The translations under genes and the position numbers were made by a program. DNA of 64,000 nt from Squalus acanthias (lineage: Eukaryota): assembly GCA_030390025.1 (NCBI GenBank), contig CM059432.1, forward strand, positions 88,352,001 to 88,416,000. Reading direction: 5' to 3'. The notes below the pieces were generated by a model. The model was given only the letters and a program-made list of their open reading frames with translations, had not been told where the DNA came from and made no database searches. Positions 10,967 through 24,266 of this stretch are shown here, piece by piece. The first letter of the stretch is position 1; each line of letters opens with the position of its first letter.

Positions 10967-13900
10967 TATAGGCCCCCAAACAGTAGTTGTAATGTAGGGC
11001 AAAGTATAAATCAGGAAATTAGAGGCGCATGTAACAAGGGTAATACAGTAATCATGGGGGACTTTAATCTACATATTGACTGGGCAAACCAAATTTGCAG
11101 TAATAGTGTGGAGGACAAGTTCATGAAATGTATACAAGATGGTTTTCTAGATCAGTATGTTGAGGAACCAACTAGGGAACAGGCTATTTTAGATCTAGTA
11201 TCGTGCAATGAGAAAGGGTTAATTAATAACCTTGTAGTAAAGGGGCCTTTAGGGAAGAGTGACCATAATATGATAGAATTTTATATTGAGTTTGAAAGTG
11301 ATTTAGTTAAGTCCGAAACTAAAGTCTTAAATCTAAACAAAGCAAACTACGTTGGTATGAGGGGCGAGTTGGCTAAGGTAGATTGAGAAACTACATTAAA
11401 AGGTATGATGGTAGAGAAGCAATGGTTAGCATTTAAAGAATTAATACATAATTTACAACAAATATACATTCCTTTTGAGGCACAAAAACCCCACAGGAAA
11501 AGTGGTCCAACCGTGGCTAACAAGAAAAGTTAAAGATAATATTAGATCAAAGGAAGAGGCTTATAATGTTGCCAGAAAGAGTAGTAAGCCTGAGGATTGG
11601 GAGGATTTCAGAATTCAGCAAAGGAGGACCAAGATATTGATAAGGAAAGAAAAAAAATGAGTGTAAATTAGCAAGAGACATAAAAACAGATTGTAAACGT
11701 TTCTATAGGTATGTAAATAGAAATAAATTATTGAAAGTAAAGTTAGAGGCAGAGGCAGGAGAAATTATAATGGGCAATAAGGAAATGGCAGAGACATTAA
11801 ACAAATACTTTGGGGGCGATTTTCCCACTGGAGACGAGATGGAGGCGGGTTTCAGTTTGGGTGGGTTTGAAATCCGCCTCCACTGATAGGTTTCAAAATT
11901 TTGCGATTTTCCCATGATTGTCCACTTGATTTCAGAGGTGTGGGGTGCCCTTGCTCAATTAGTGTTTTGGGACTGAAACTCGCCTCTGACAGCACTTTTC
12001 TAGTCTGATTTTATGACTTCTTGCTCCCTTGGCTCATTCCACAGCATTTCTGCGTCTCCTGCACCACCTCCAACATCTTTTGAGAAACCACTATGTCCAA
12101 TTCCAAGGCAAGGGCCTTCCCGAGGCTCTCAGATGAGGCGCTGCAATGTTGTTTGAGGGGGTGACAGCTAGCATGGAGGTGCTCTTCCATTCATCTCGGA
12201 GGAAGGGGCCTGCCAAAGAAACCAAGGCTGTGTGGGTACAGCTGGCAAGGGATATAACCTCCAGATCTGTGTGCAGATAGGGAGACTGTTTCTGTGTATT
12301 GATGAAATGCCATCCCTGTTGGAAAGTATTAAAATGATTTGAAGCCAAAATGTTGGCGTTATGCCATCTGTTCTTTTGCCTTAGTCAGCTCCACATTGTG
12401 GGCACCGCCACACTTGCGTTGTCAGGTTGGTGGCCTGAGTGAAAGGAGGCCAGAAAGTCATGTCCATTATCAATGATGTCCTAGGATGGAGCCAAGGACA
12501 TGTGCCAACTTGGGCAACCTATGCAAATCTGGCCATGATAAGTTCATCCCTTGCATCCCGGGCAGCCATGTGCTCGCGTGCTGCCGCTGCCACTGGTCAA
12601 TACACTGGCGCTCTGACCTCCTGCTCCTCCAGATCCACCTCCTCCTCCTCCTCCTCCTCCTCCTCTGAGGTCGATGCAGAAAGAAAACGAATGGTTCCCA
12701 TGCTGCTTGTAGATGCCTCCTTTGGGGAAGCGCTCATTGCAAGCGGGGAGAGGGTCTTCCAAGGAGGTCCCACAGTTGATGGAGTCAAGCTGCAGCACCT
12801 CCGACTTCGGAAGGCCTTCTAAAAGTGCTCAGAGACCTTTTAAAGCCAAGGTCTGGCACCTGCAAGTAATCCTTGCTGCAATAAACGATGTCTTGTTAGA
12901 CCTGCAGCTGTGAGGAGGCCACCCACGAGCCAACCCGCCAGGTTTACCTGGCATGGTTCAGGAGGTGCGTGAAGCATGCCGAAATGCTGGGAAATTCACG
13001 AGGGCCTCTCAAAATAGGCTTAGAGAGACCCTTAACAGGTATTTAAGGAAGTTAATTAGCACAATGGCCAGCTGGAGGTGGGAGCGTTTCCCGACCTCCA
13101 AAACTGGCACCGGCAAAATCCCACGGAGGCGGATTGGAGGCGTGTTCCAAACCCAACCTCTTTGAATCTAATTTTCCTGCCTTTCCCGACTCCAAACCCG
13201 CCTCCTCCGACATCAGAAAATCGCCCCCTTTGTATCTATCTTCACGATAGAAGACACAAAAAACATTCCGGGAATAATGGGGAACCAAGGGTCTAGAGAG
13301 AATGAGGAACTTAAAGAAATCAGTATAAGTAAAGACATAGTACTGGAGAAATTAATGGGACTAAGTGGCGACAAATCCCCTGGACCTGACGACCTGCATC
13401 TAGGTTTTTAAAAGCGGTAGCTGCAGAGATAGTGGAGGCACTGGTATTAATCATCCAGAATTTCCTAGACTCTAGAACAGTCCCCAAGGATTGGAAGGTA
13501 GCAAATATAATCCCACTATTTAATAAAGGAGGAAGAGAAAAAATGGGGAACTATAGACCAGTTAACCTGACATCAGTAGTAGGTAAAATGCTAGAATCTA
13601 TTATTAGGGATGTGGTAACAGGGCTCTTAGAAAATTGTAATATGAGTAGGCAGAGTCAGCATGGTTTTATGAAAGAGAAATCATGTTTGACAAATCTGTT
13701 AGAGTTTTTTGAAGATGTAACTAGTAGGATGGATAAGGGGGAACCAGTGTATTTGGATTTTCAAAAAGCATTTGATAAGGTGCCACACAAGAGGTTATTA
13801 CACAAAATTAGCACTCATGGGATTGGGGGCAATATAGTAGCATGGATTGAGGATTGATTAATGGACAGAAAACAGAGAGTAGGAATAAACAGGACTTTTT

Positions 13901-14904
13901 TGGGTTGGCAGGCTGTAACTGGTGGGGTACCACAAGGATCAGTGCTTGGGCCTCAGCTATTTACAATCTATATTAATGACTTAGATGAGGGGACCGAGTG
14001 TAAAGTATCCAAGTTTGCTGATGATACAAAGTTAGGTGGGAAAGTAAGCTGTGAGGAGGACGCAAAGAGGCTGCAGAGAGATATAGACAGGTTGACTGAG
14101 TGGGTGAGAACATGGCAAATGGAATACAATGTGGGGAAGTGTGAAGTTATCCACTTTGGTAGGAAAAACAAAAAAGCAGAATATTTTTTGAATGGTGAGA
14201 GATTGGGAAATGTTTGCATTCAGAGGGACCTGGGTATCCTTGTACATGAATCACAGAAAGTTAACATGCAGGTTCAGCAAGCAATTAGGAAAACAAATGG
14301 CATGTTAGCTTTTGTTACAAAGGGATTAGAGTATAAGAGTAAGGTAGTCTTACTACAATTATACAGGGCATTGGTGAGGCCATACCTGGAGTAATGTGTA
14401 CAGTTCTGGTCACCTTACCTAAGGAAAGACATATTAGGTTCACCAGACTGGTTCCTGGGATGAGGGGATTGCCCTATGAGGAGAGATTGAGTAGACTAGG
14501 CCTATATTCCCTAGAGTTTAGAAGAGTGAGAGGTGATCCAATTGAAACATATAAAATTCTTAAGGGGCTTGACAGGGTTAATGGTGAGAAAATGTTTCCC
14601 CTGGCTGGGGAATTTAAACACGGGGTCACAGTTTCAGAATAAGGGGTCAGCCATTTAGGACTGAGATGAGGAGACATTTCTTCACTCAAAGGGTTGTGAA
14701 TCTTTGGATTTCTTTACCCCAGAAAGCTGTGGAGGTTCAGTCGTTGAGTATACTCAAGACAGAGGTTAATACATTTTTGGAAATTAAGGGATAGTGTGGG
14801 AAGGTGGAGTTGAAGTAGCAGATCAGCCATGATCTTATTGAATGGCGGAGCAGCCTTGAAGGGCCGAATGGCCTACTCCTGCTCTTAGTTCTTATATTCT
14901 TATG
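10967..14904 (+). mobile_element. CR1 LINE (HER1-like), 5'-truncated ORF2, interrupted by a Harbinger at 11812-13228
   Basis: APE motifs YRPPN, MGDFN, SDHNMI. RT motifs [37 protein letters not shown]. 3' tail GGGCCGAATGGCCTACTCCTGCTC plus (TTCTTAT) repeats. Confidence 0.95.
11812..13228. mobile_element. Internally deleted Harbinger inserted in CR1
   Basis: Perfect 13-bp TIR GGGGGCGATTTTC and TSD TTT. Removing it restores CR1 NKYFVSIFT. Myb remnant on + at ~12093-12270; acidic transposase-like N-terminus on - near 12600-12700. Confidence 0.9.
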
Positions 14905-15803
14905 AATATGGCTTTTTCTAGCTGCGATTCTACTGGATGAGCAGGAAAGTGAATATTTGGAGTGCAGATAGTGGAAGTTTACTTTATTTTTGCTCTTGTG
15001 ATTTTCTGTGTATACTGTCATCGTAACCCATCAGTTCTGTAACGTGTACCCAGTTGCTGTTCGTATCAATTAATTGCAGATAATTGTAATGGAAGCGGCA
15101 ATACTAATAATAAACACCAGGGAGTGAGTCATGGGGATATTCCTTCTGAGTTTGCATGATGCCGTTAAGTGGACTGGATTTGATCTGGGTTTGGCCTCAG
15201 CTCACACTTATGGAGTGAAAATCTCATCTTCCCAGAATACTTGGGAGGTGTTAACTTAGTCCTAAGGTAGACAGGATAAAATTGTACGCACTCAGGATTA
15301 CCAAAACTGTAACTTTTTCACAAGTTCATTAAGTCCATTGTAAATTGAAAATATGTTCATTGACATGAAATGTCTCAGAAGGAGAAAATGTGGAATGTGC
15401 AGAAAGAAGAACAAAGATAATTTAGGTAAACAACAAAATATGGAAATAAGGAAGAAACTGAAAAACAAAGCTGTTGAATGTATAAAATAGACAGCTATTC
15501 CAGGCTCCATAAAGAGAAGTAAAAAGGACAAAATAAAACTTGGAGAATGAGTACAAAAAACTATCATGGAAATGATTTGTGTTTAAATTTATAACAATGA
15601 GATGGTGTTGGGAAGTTTCTGAAATTTTGACTCGTTATACAGCATCTTTGCCATTGGCACAACATGATCTGTTGCACTATACCAATGCAAGAAACCTAAT
15701 ATAATGCTGACAGTTTCACTGATTGCCATTGCCTGAAAAAGGTGCTTTCACAATGTGAGTGCTGAGCATTGGCTTCACTATACTGTCAGCCATTGTTTAA
15801 GAG

Positions 15804-16197
15804 AAAGAACTCACATTTATATATCAGCACATCATGTCCTTAGCATGTCCCAGTGAATTACTTTGAAGTGCAATCACTGTTTTGTGGTCAAATATGGCAG
15901 CAATTTGTGCACAGTATGGTCTCACAAACAGCAAATATATGAATGACCAGACAGTCTGTTTCTTGTGGTGTTGGCTGAGGGAGGGAATGTTGACCAAGAT
16001 TCCTTCACCATTGGATCTTCCAAATCCATCTAACCAGGCAGACGGGGCCTTGGTTTAATGTCTTATCCAGAAAATGGCATCTCAGTACTGCACTCAACAT
16101 CAGCCTAGATAGATTATGTGCTCAAGTCAGTAGTGGTACTTAAACCCACAACTTTCTAACTAGCAGTGAAAATGCTACCGACTGCACCAAACTGACA
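15804..16197 (-). mobile_element. Deu-domain SINE (SacSINE1-like), degraded
   Basis: Reverse complement similar to 19851-20300 (CACAAACAGCAA, CAGTACTGCACT, GTGCTCAAGTC, CCCACAACTTTCT). Confidence 0.75.
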
Positions 16198-16462
16198 AGA
16201 ATCTTAAAATAATTCAGGCAGCCTTTAAATTTCAAATGGAAATGAGCTGATTATTCATTAGCTCTTTTCCTTCAGTCAAAATGTTACCAGAAATTAGAAG
16301 CGTTTTGCTTGGTGAATTTTAACTGTTCCTGAATCAGCACAAAGTATAAATTGTCATGCACTAGGTTCAACAGTTAATTTACTATATCTACAAGGTATTA
16401 AGCTGGGATCTCCATCTGAACATTGAACCAATTAGCACTTACATTGTGAATATTAAAACTTT

Positions 16463-17502
16463 GGGGGTGATTTTCGATGGCTCCTTCAGATGCTAAAGAG
16501 CCTCCAAGGTGGCCAAGATGGGGTCTTGAGCTGAAAAGCCGGTTTAGCCCATGTTTAGCGCAAGGCACCATCTTGGTAAAGGAGTTGAAACTTGTGCAAG
16601 AATGGCCGCCCGGAGGATTGTTAAGGGACTGATTGCCACTTAAATTGCCTGCTAGCGCTCATTAAGAAGACTGCACAGTACTTTGGTGAATAGCGCATGA
16701 TCTAACACCCTCTCCTAACAGCGACCAGCTGATTGGGAGTAAACAAGTCATTGCAGAGGATTTCAAGCGCTACTTAAAGGCATACTCACCTTTCACTGTT
16801 CACGTGCTGCTGGAAGTTTGAAGAGGAATTTTGAAACATATCGGGAGACTTTCTGGGACACTTTTTCAAGTCTTCACCAACACTTTATCAACATTTATTC
16901 TGGAAATTCTCTGAGGACTTCACCTAAAAAGAGTGAGTGCTGTGCTACTCGACCTTATTGGACACCTTATAGGAGTCACCAGGAGAAATGGGAGTGCTTG
17001 GTCATGGGCATCTTGCTTGGGGTCCCCCTTGGTCTGAACGAGGAATGGGAGGAGGACATGAGAGCCAGGCAGAGCAGCACCAGCTGCTGCAGGAGAGAGG
17101 GACAGGAGGGCGAGGTGGACTCCCTTTTCCCTGTGGGTACAGGAAGTCCCTCCTCCTCTGGATATCCTCCACCAGGACCTGCAGTGCCATGTCCGAGAAC
17201 CTGTGCGCCCTCTCACTCGGTTCCTGAACCATAAAACCTGCCACTGTGTGTCAGCCAGCGCACTCCACACCTTCAGTGGAAGTGGGGGCGTGGAGCCCAC
17301 ATATACTGCTCCACGAAAATTGTGTCTAATCAACGCTTGAGTGCTAAACCAGCTCTTTTAGCACCTCCAGGCAAGTTTAAATTATGATAATCAACAATTA
17401 GGACCAAAATTGCGTGCTAAAACCAGACTTTCAAACAGGCATGTCTTATTAGCACAGCACTCATATAGTGCCTGTTTTCACCCTTTCACCAAAATAACCC
17501 CC
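16463..17502. mobile_element. Internally deleted Harbinger
   Basis: Imperfect TIR GGGGGTGATTTT / AAAATAACCCCC. Myb remnant on - (ERAHRFSDMALQVLVEDIQRRRDFLYPQG, 17100-17244) abuts a transposase-like N-terminus on +. Confidence 0.8.
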
Positions 17503-17574
17503 TTACAGTTCCCTTACTTCAGTAAATATCAATGATTCATATAAACTTTAGTATGAAATTTCTAGACATTACTT

Positions 17575-18280
17575 CAACAAGCAGTGGGTACTGGTTAGAG
17601 GAATAATGTTGAAGTGGGGGGGGGAGACATACTGAGTGGGATCCCCCAGGGCTTTGTGTTAGGCTCGCTGCTGTTTCTAATTTGCATTCGCAACTTGGAT
17701 TCAGAAACTCGATGCAAATTGGTCAAATTTATAGACAATGACAAAGAGGGACAGTGGAATCGAAGGAGGAAACCCAGAAATCTAGGAATCTTAGTAGCCT
17801 TGACCAATTTGTTCTCATCACTGAGAAGCACGGCAGAAATTCAAAATCTGAAAGTAGCGAAGAGCCACGAGGGTGATCCCTAGTGTCAGGGTCTCCGTTA
17901 TGAGGAAAGGTTGGAAAGACGTGAACTTTTCAGCCTGGCAATGACGCTTCTGAGATGCGATCTTATAGAGATTTATAAGATAATAAATGGTGTGGAAAAG
18001 GTTAATCCGGAATACTACTTTAAATTAAACTGTGGGAGTAGGACAAAGGGGATACAAGTTTGAATTTATAAAAGGCAACTTTATGATTGATATCAGGAGG
18101 GATTTCCTGCAGAGAGTGATCAACACTTTAATAGATTTCTAGGCAGAGTAGTGGAGGCAAAAACCCTGTTAGTTTAAAAAAAACTAGATGCAGCAATGGG
18201 AGGAATGCAGGGGTTGTTTTGGATGGATGAACTAAGATTGGCCGAATGAATTTCTTCATCCATAAGTATCTTTGATCTTG
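17575..18280 (+). mobile_element. Old CR1-like LINE 3' fragment
   Basis: SGIPQGFVLGSLLFLICI (RT), YEERL-like codons, degraded GGCCGAATG tail. Confidence 0.7.
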
Positions 18281-18566
18281 TAAATCAGTATCTGACAATA
18301 TATATGTATTAAGCAACTGATTTGCGGTAAACTGCACTAGCAGTAGATTGCAAAATGGGGCATGTTAGCAGAGGCTAAGCACAGTTGAACAGAATGCCAT
18401 TTTAAATGTTTGAAATAATTTGGTTTATTTCCTTTCTTCAATCGTGAATTTCAAAGAACCCTAATGAACGTTAAAAATAAGAGCACTATTTCAGTTACGC
18501 ATAGCATAAATGTGAAGCAGTGTAAACTGCCGTCTGCTTTGTCCTGTTACAGTTTTTGTGTTTTTA

Positions 18567-19352
18567 TGTTAGATACTCGCTCGGATTCAGTAACCCCGGT
18601 CATTCCCAAACGCGAACCTCGTATCGTATATGATCTGGGGTGCACCACTTTCTGCCCAAACAATAACGTGACCCAGGGATTGTAATCGAGAACCCTGACT
18701 CTGTACACCAACTACTGAGATATCACATGTGCAGCCATGTGAATTCTCCTCTCTTTACTGTATTTTAATGAGACGGGGCACAGCTTCAGACCATCAGCTG
18801 GTTTATTTACATAAAATACATGAATGAACAGTGTATAGTTTTCACAGTGAGTACAATCAACTTCCCTTCACTTCTCAGTTATGGAAAACAATAAAGACAC
18901 CCCTTACTATCTTTAAACAGCGAGTCACCTTCTCGAGCTAAGCTTTCGAAGCTCAGCTGGTTCAGGCTTTTAAAACACAACTTCTCGCTGCTGCAAAAAC
19001 AAGGACCATTTTGTGTCTCGGAGAGAGAAGGGGGAGAGAGAGAGAGAGGGAGTTTCTGCTTCCCCTTAAATCAATGAGATGGGGTTTTGACCTCCTGAGC
19101 TTTCAGTCATAGTTACTATCCTTTGCGATGTGAGCAGGTGGTTCCCTCGTGTCTGTGCAGCTCAGCCCCCTTTCCTGTGCAAATGCAATGGAATGACACC
19201 TGGGTCTCGGGTATCTCACAATAGCCCAAAATATTTGAGATTATACACAACAATCCTCCCTTTGGCTAACTAATATTTCAAATTTCCATTTCGAGCCTAA
19301 AATGAACTTTCAGTTCACTAACTTATTGTTGAGAAAAATGCTAAATCTAATA
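18567..19352. mobile_element. Possible solo LTR
   Basis: Begins TGTTAGAT and ends ATCTAATA (inverted, one mismatch). Retains more CpG than its flanks. AATAAA on both strands. No clean TSD. Confidence 0.3.
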
Positions 19353-19618
19353 TTACAAAAATATTATGTAAAAAAAATCCAGCTCTGGTAACCCAGGCAA
19401 AATTCAAATTGCCAGATTATGATTGTTTTTTCACCCTAGCTTGAGGAGAGCACTTTGGAGTTTACTAGTGAAAGTTATGATCCATAGCCAGTATTTTTGT
19501 CTTTTTAAGTCAATTAACACAGTATTTGCAGTTAGTTTTCTGCTGTGGACACAATCCTGGAAAAAGTTTAAATTATTTTAGCTCATCTGGAACTCTGCAC
19601 TATTTGGCTAAATTAGCC

Positions 19619-19646
19619 GTGTGTGTGTGTGTGTGTGTGTGTGTGT
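19619..19646. repeat. (GT)14 microsatellite
   Basis: Read directly. Confidence 0.97.
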
Positions 19647-19850
19647 TCCACTCTTCCTTAACTTCCTAATAGATCGAAGGGATACACATCTATCCTACAT
19701 CCTACATCAAACAAGATCTAGTAACTGGGTGAGATATTCAAGTTCCATCAAACTCGGTAGGTTCATGAATCCAAAGGCATTAATGCAAGCAATTAATGTA
19801 TAGATATGAATTCTATTAACTAGCTGGTAGTTAAATTTGATACAATTAGA

Positions 19851-20300
19851 TGTCAGCCTTGGCTCAGTTGGTAGCTCTCTCACCTCTTAAGTCAGAAGGT
19901 TGTGGGCTCAAGCCCTACTCCAGAGACTTGAGCACATTATCCAGGCTGACACTTCTGTGCAGTACTGAAGGAGTGCTGTACTGTTGAAGTTGCAGTCTTT
20001 CGGATGAAGCGTTAAACCCATCCTCTGTCTGCCCTCTGCGGTGGACATAAAAGATCCCATGATACTATTTGAAGAGGAGCAGAAGAGTTCTCCTGATGCC
20101 CTGGCCAATATTTATCCCTCAACCAACATCACTTAAACAAAACAGTTTATCTGGTCAAGCATCTCATTGCTGTTTGTGGGATCTAGCTGTGCACAAAGTG
20201 GCTCAGTGTTTGCTACATTACAACAGTGACTACAGTGACAAAAAGCACTTTGGGACAATCTGAGTTTGTGAAAGGAGCTATATAAATGCAAGTCCTTTTG
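19851..20300 (+). mobile_element. Full-length Deu-domain SINE (SacSINE1/AmnSINE1-related)
   Basis: tRNA-like head TGGCTCAGTTGGTAG...GGCTCAAGCCC. Deu core GTGGACATAAAAGATCCCATG...CTGGCCAATATTTATCCCTCAACC. Tail GCTATATAAATGCAAGT shared with L2. Confidence 0.88.
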
Positions 20301-20479
20301 TTTACAACATTTCCAATAGGAACTTTGTAGCAGAGTTGTGGTGGCTGCTACATTGTAACCCCAACCCATAATCTTGGGCAATTATCTATTCATGAAACTA
20401 TATGTATATTATATTATGAAATAAATGTGATGCATGAATATTAAGCATGAACAGGAATAGAACACTTGCAGGGCTTTTT

Positions 20480-21815
20480 CTTTCTCCAGTTTTCCTTCAG
20501 ATTTTCTCCCTTTTCTTGCTGTTCTGAAAGCTGCACTTATACGGGAATATGGTCCCATGACTAGTGGCAACCATTTGATATCTCATTCTTCATGTGTAAG
20601 TCCTGGGAGTGAATATTGGTGGACTGCTTGTTTGTAGGCGGGACACCATAGGGAAACCAATCTTTTCCTTACTCTGGGCTGAATTTTAATGGGGAAGGCG
20701 GATTGGGGGCAGGGGGTGTTGGGGGGCTCTGAGGCGGTAGGGAAACCCGGGAGAATGTGTTTCCCATAGGCCCTACCGAATTTAACGGCAGGGCCTGATT
20801 TGAATGGGAAGCCTCTGTTTCCCACCCGCAGCCAGCCAGATTGGGAGGATGGCTGGCACTCGGTGGGTAGGCCTGCGGCACTAGGCCGCACAGAGGAGGG
20901 AGGGAGGGATCACAGGGAGAGAGGGAGCCGGGGTCGGCCGGAGGAACGGGGGTGGGGGGAGGTTGGGGTGGGGGTCCGATAAAAGATCGTGGGCTGGGAG
21001 GAGCAGGGGAGGGTGGTCAATGAAATATCGCAGGCCAGAGGAGCACGGGGCGGGGGCCAACAAGATCGTGATCACGGGCCGGCCGGAGGAGCGGGGTGTT
21101 GGGGGTGTCTGAAGGGATTGGGGGCTGGGAGCAGCGCGAGGGGGAGGCCTTGTGGGGGGGATGCCACATGGGGGGAATTAGAGGCCTGGGGGGGAAATTG
21201 GATGCCTGCGGGGGGGTGATCGGAGGCCTCGTGGATCGCGAAGGGTTGGGTTAAGCAGGGATCCTTGATTCAGGAGGTAAGTGTAAAGGCACTTACCTCC
21301 TGGATCCAGCAGTCCTCACCTTGCTTTAGCTGGCCGGTTTCACGAGGCATGCAAAACCCGACCAGCTAAAGTTAAATAAGAAATGCAAGTTAAAGCAGAG
21401 GCTTCCAGCCTCATTATAATATTTAAATAGACAGCCCGCCTCCTGGCAAGCGGATTGGCTGCCCGCCCCACGTCCCACCTCCATTAAAACCAGAAGTGGG
21501 TGAGTTGGAGGCGGCTTCAGGTTGGGATTCAGATTTTTAACACTTTAACTACCCTCTCGCCCCCAACCCACCCATTTTTTTAGGTTAATATTTTCCCCTC
21601 TGTGTCTATACACATGCATTTCCAATCATTGGATTGCAGGTAGTAGCAGGAATGCTGGATATTTTATTTCTTCCCCTTTTATTAGCACAGGGAAATTCAG
21701 GCCAGTTGTAACACCTATTCTACCCATAGAAATCAGCTAACACCACACAGAGCAAAGGTCACACTGATCTGCATGGATAAGTGTCTTGTCATGTGGTACA
21801 TTTACCCAGAGCAGT
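20480..21815 (-). mobile_element. Old SINE-like repeat (family C), split by the MITE at 20676-21598
   Basis: Flanks on both sides of the MITE resemble the reverse complement of 47645-48065 and 52975-53325. Confidence 0.5.
20676..21598. mobile_element. Non-autonomous TIR element (MITE family C, probably Harbinger)
   Basis: Ends GGGCTGAATTTTAA / TTAATATTTTCCCC, TSD TCT, G-rich core. Related to 24267-24748, 40338-40985 and 59338-59790. Confidence 0.8.
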
Positions 21816-23414
21816 AACCGGTTTAAATAGCTGATTAGGTTTTTGTCATTGTAGAAAAAAACAGACTTTAAATTCTGTTACTATATAATTGTATGTAGAA
21901 AGTAATGTAATAATCACATCAAGATGGTTAAATGACAACATAAATGGTCTATGGCTGTTACTTGAATCCTGAAATGAGATCAAATTGTGAACTTCATTCT
22001 AGTTGATTGATTCAACTGAGTCCTTTACTTGTCTTCATCATGCTGATATGTAATCTTATCCATTCGGAATCAGTTATGATATAATTCCTGCAAATTTCTC
22101 ATGAGCTAATTGTCAGTTGACTGTTGGGGAAATAATTTAGCCTGTGCATATTCTAAAAATATTGCATTACTTCAAAACATGGACAGCCTTGAATTGGTTA
22201 ATAGTTGCATTGTTTGTGTGAAACTCTTTTCAAATTAAAGATACATTTATAGGGACAATCTGGAGAAGTATGGACTCAAATAAAGATATAGGCTCATAAT
22301 TTGCTGCAATGTCGATATTGTGACAAATCCCATAAGTTAGACTGTGGTGCTCCCCTCAAGTGGTAAATTTTTGCCAAAATTTGCTGGACAACTGATTAGG
22401 ATATGCCACAGCGAGCATAGCAGCGAATCAGAAGCAGCGCAACCAATAGCCAATGTAGTGATCTCGCCGCTAATGGCACGATTTATCTTAACTCAATAGC
22501 AATGCTTCAAAAAATGTATTTTCTTTCCAAAACATGATACAAGATGAGACTAAAGTACATCAAGTAAGGCAATTTGTTCATCGAGCTGGTTTTAAAATGC
22601 CCTGGCATGTTCTGCAATAGAGTAGAGCACCTAATATTAAGGAGTTGGTGGTCTATGACTTTAAGTGAAAGCTATCACTTGGTTGGCGGCTCACTGGGCT
22701 GTCAAAAGCTACTGAACTCTTCCACCTCTATAGCATCAACCACTGTTTATCCACCTTTTATTCACCTTTTACCTAGTTAACTGTCATCGAAGTCCTGTGT
22801 TTGATTAGCAGATGCACGAGCTGAAAATATCAGAAAATGAGAGATATAGTCTGGAAACATCTTTTTAAGAAGCTTGTCCGAGATGGTGAGGGGATTTCCA
22901 TTTCCTGTTGGCACAATGCACAGTGCCTTGTGGGAAGGGATAAAACAACACACTTGAAATTTGATTTACTTATTATAATGTAATTTATTGAGGGGGAAGA
23001 AGTTAAACTGTTCAGAATGTGTAATCTCTTATACAAATACAAATGTAATAATACAATAATAGCAAACCAACATGGCTGAAAAGGTGAAAAACTAATTTCA
23101 AAAATGTTGCCCACATTATTACTTGCTCTATTATCAAGACTCATCTGAAATTGGTTGAGAAACTGGATTTTGACACTTGATTAGTTAGACTTAAATTCAA
23201 CAGATCTTTTCAGTTAAACAGAAGCCACAAAGGGATTTTTTGGAATTTTGCAGATAAAGGCTATTTAAGGATGAATTGCAGAGCTGTGATTGACAACAGA
23301 AAGGTGTTAAGGGGAGGTCCAGATGCCATATTTTTGGCTGCTTACTATACAGGTTTTGCTAGAAAGAAATCGAATTTACTGATGATTGAAAGGACCATAT
23401 AGTTAAAAGACTAG

Positions 23415-24266
23415 GGAGGAGAAATTCGGTAGTGCCCCGTTTGGGGCGCAATTATTGGCCGGGCGCAGAGTTTAGTGCCTGGTGCTAATTATCGCCTCCG
23501 ACTGCAAACTTGGCTTCTATCGCCCCTGGAGGTGATTGGAGTGCTAAATCAGGCGCTACACACCTCTCTTAAGGCGCTAACGCCGAGGATCGAGGTGCTA
23601 CCTCAGAGCGCTGGCGAAGCTCATGTGATGTCAGTCAGCAATCGAACACAGACACACTGGCGCCGGCCAGTTCTTAAAGGGGAGGGTCGATCTTGCTCTC
23701 CATCCACAGCCTGCTCATTGCAGCCTTGAATCTCGGCCTGGAGAGACCTGTACATCAATTCTGCTGGAAAGAACAATGGAGAGGCCCAGGGAAAGAGCTC
23801 AGAGTGCAGCCCACATAGTCTCTTCTAAATCGATGCAAGGAAGATCAAATCAAAATGAACCTGCAAAGTGCTGCCCAGTACCCAAACTCCTTCACACAGC
23901 ATTGAATCTCTCCAGAAGTCTCTCTCTCTCTCTCTCAGAATGCGTGGTGCAAAAATGTCGGCGACAAAAAAAGGCAGGAAGTGGCCGCCTTTAAATAGCC
24001 CTCCCCCAGTCCCTTCCCGACTGCAAAACGTTCCCCTCAACCTGTCGTTGCAAGCGGCAGGCGGAAAGGCATGGGGTGCCACTCAATATCCGATTCGAGG
24101 CGCTACTGGGGCGTTGCATGCTCGACTGACGTCATGATCTGCGGGTGCAGGAGATTGTGGTGGTAGTGTTTAGCGCCGCCGCAAAATGTCTGGTCAATTT
24201 TGCGAGCGGCGCAAACATCGCCGCGCCCGGGCGCTAGTTGCTTTGTGCCCCATTAGTGCCCTCTTA
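23415..24266 (+). mobile_element. Harbinger MITE family A, right end lost
   Basis: Colinear with 34297-35183 and 44884-45772. Left end GGAGGAGAAATTCGGT. Confidence 0.9.

Noticed and set aside
19858..19925. tRNA gene
   Set aside because: The A/B-box-like sequence is the head of a SINE. The same applies at 29865-29955 and 44380-44444.
23776..23994. Recurrent MERPRERAQSAA... ORF as a small gene family
   Set aside because: It recurs only because it lies in MITE family A, and frames and stops differ between copies.
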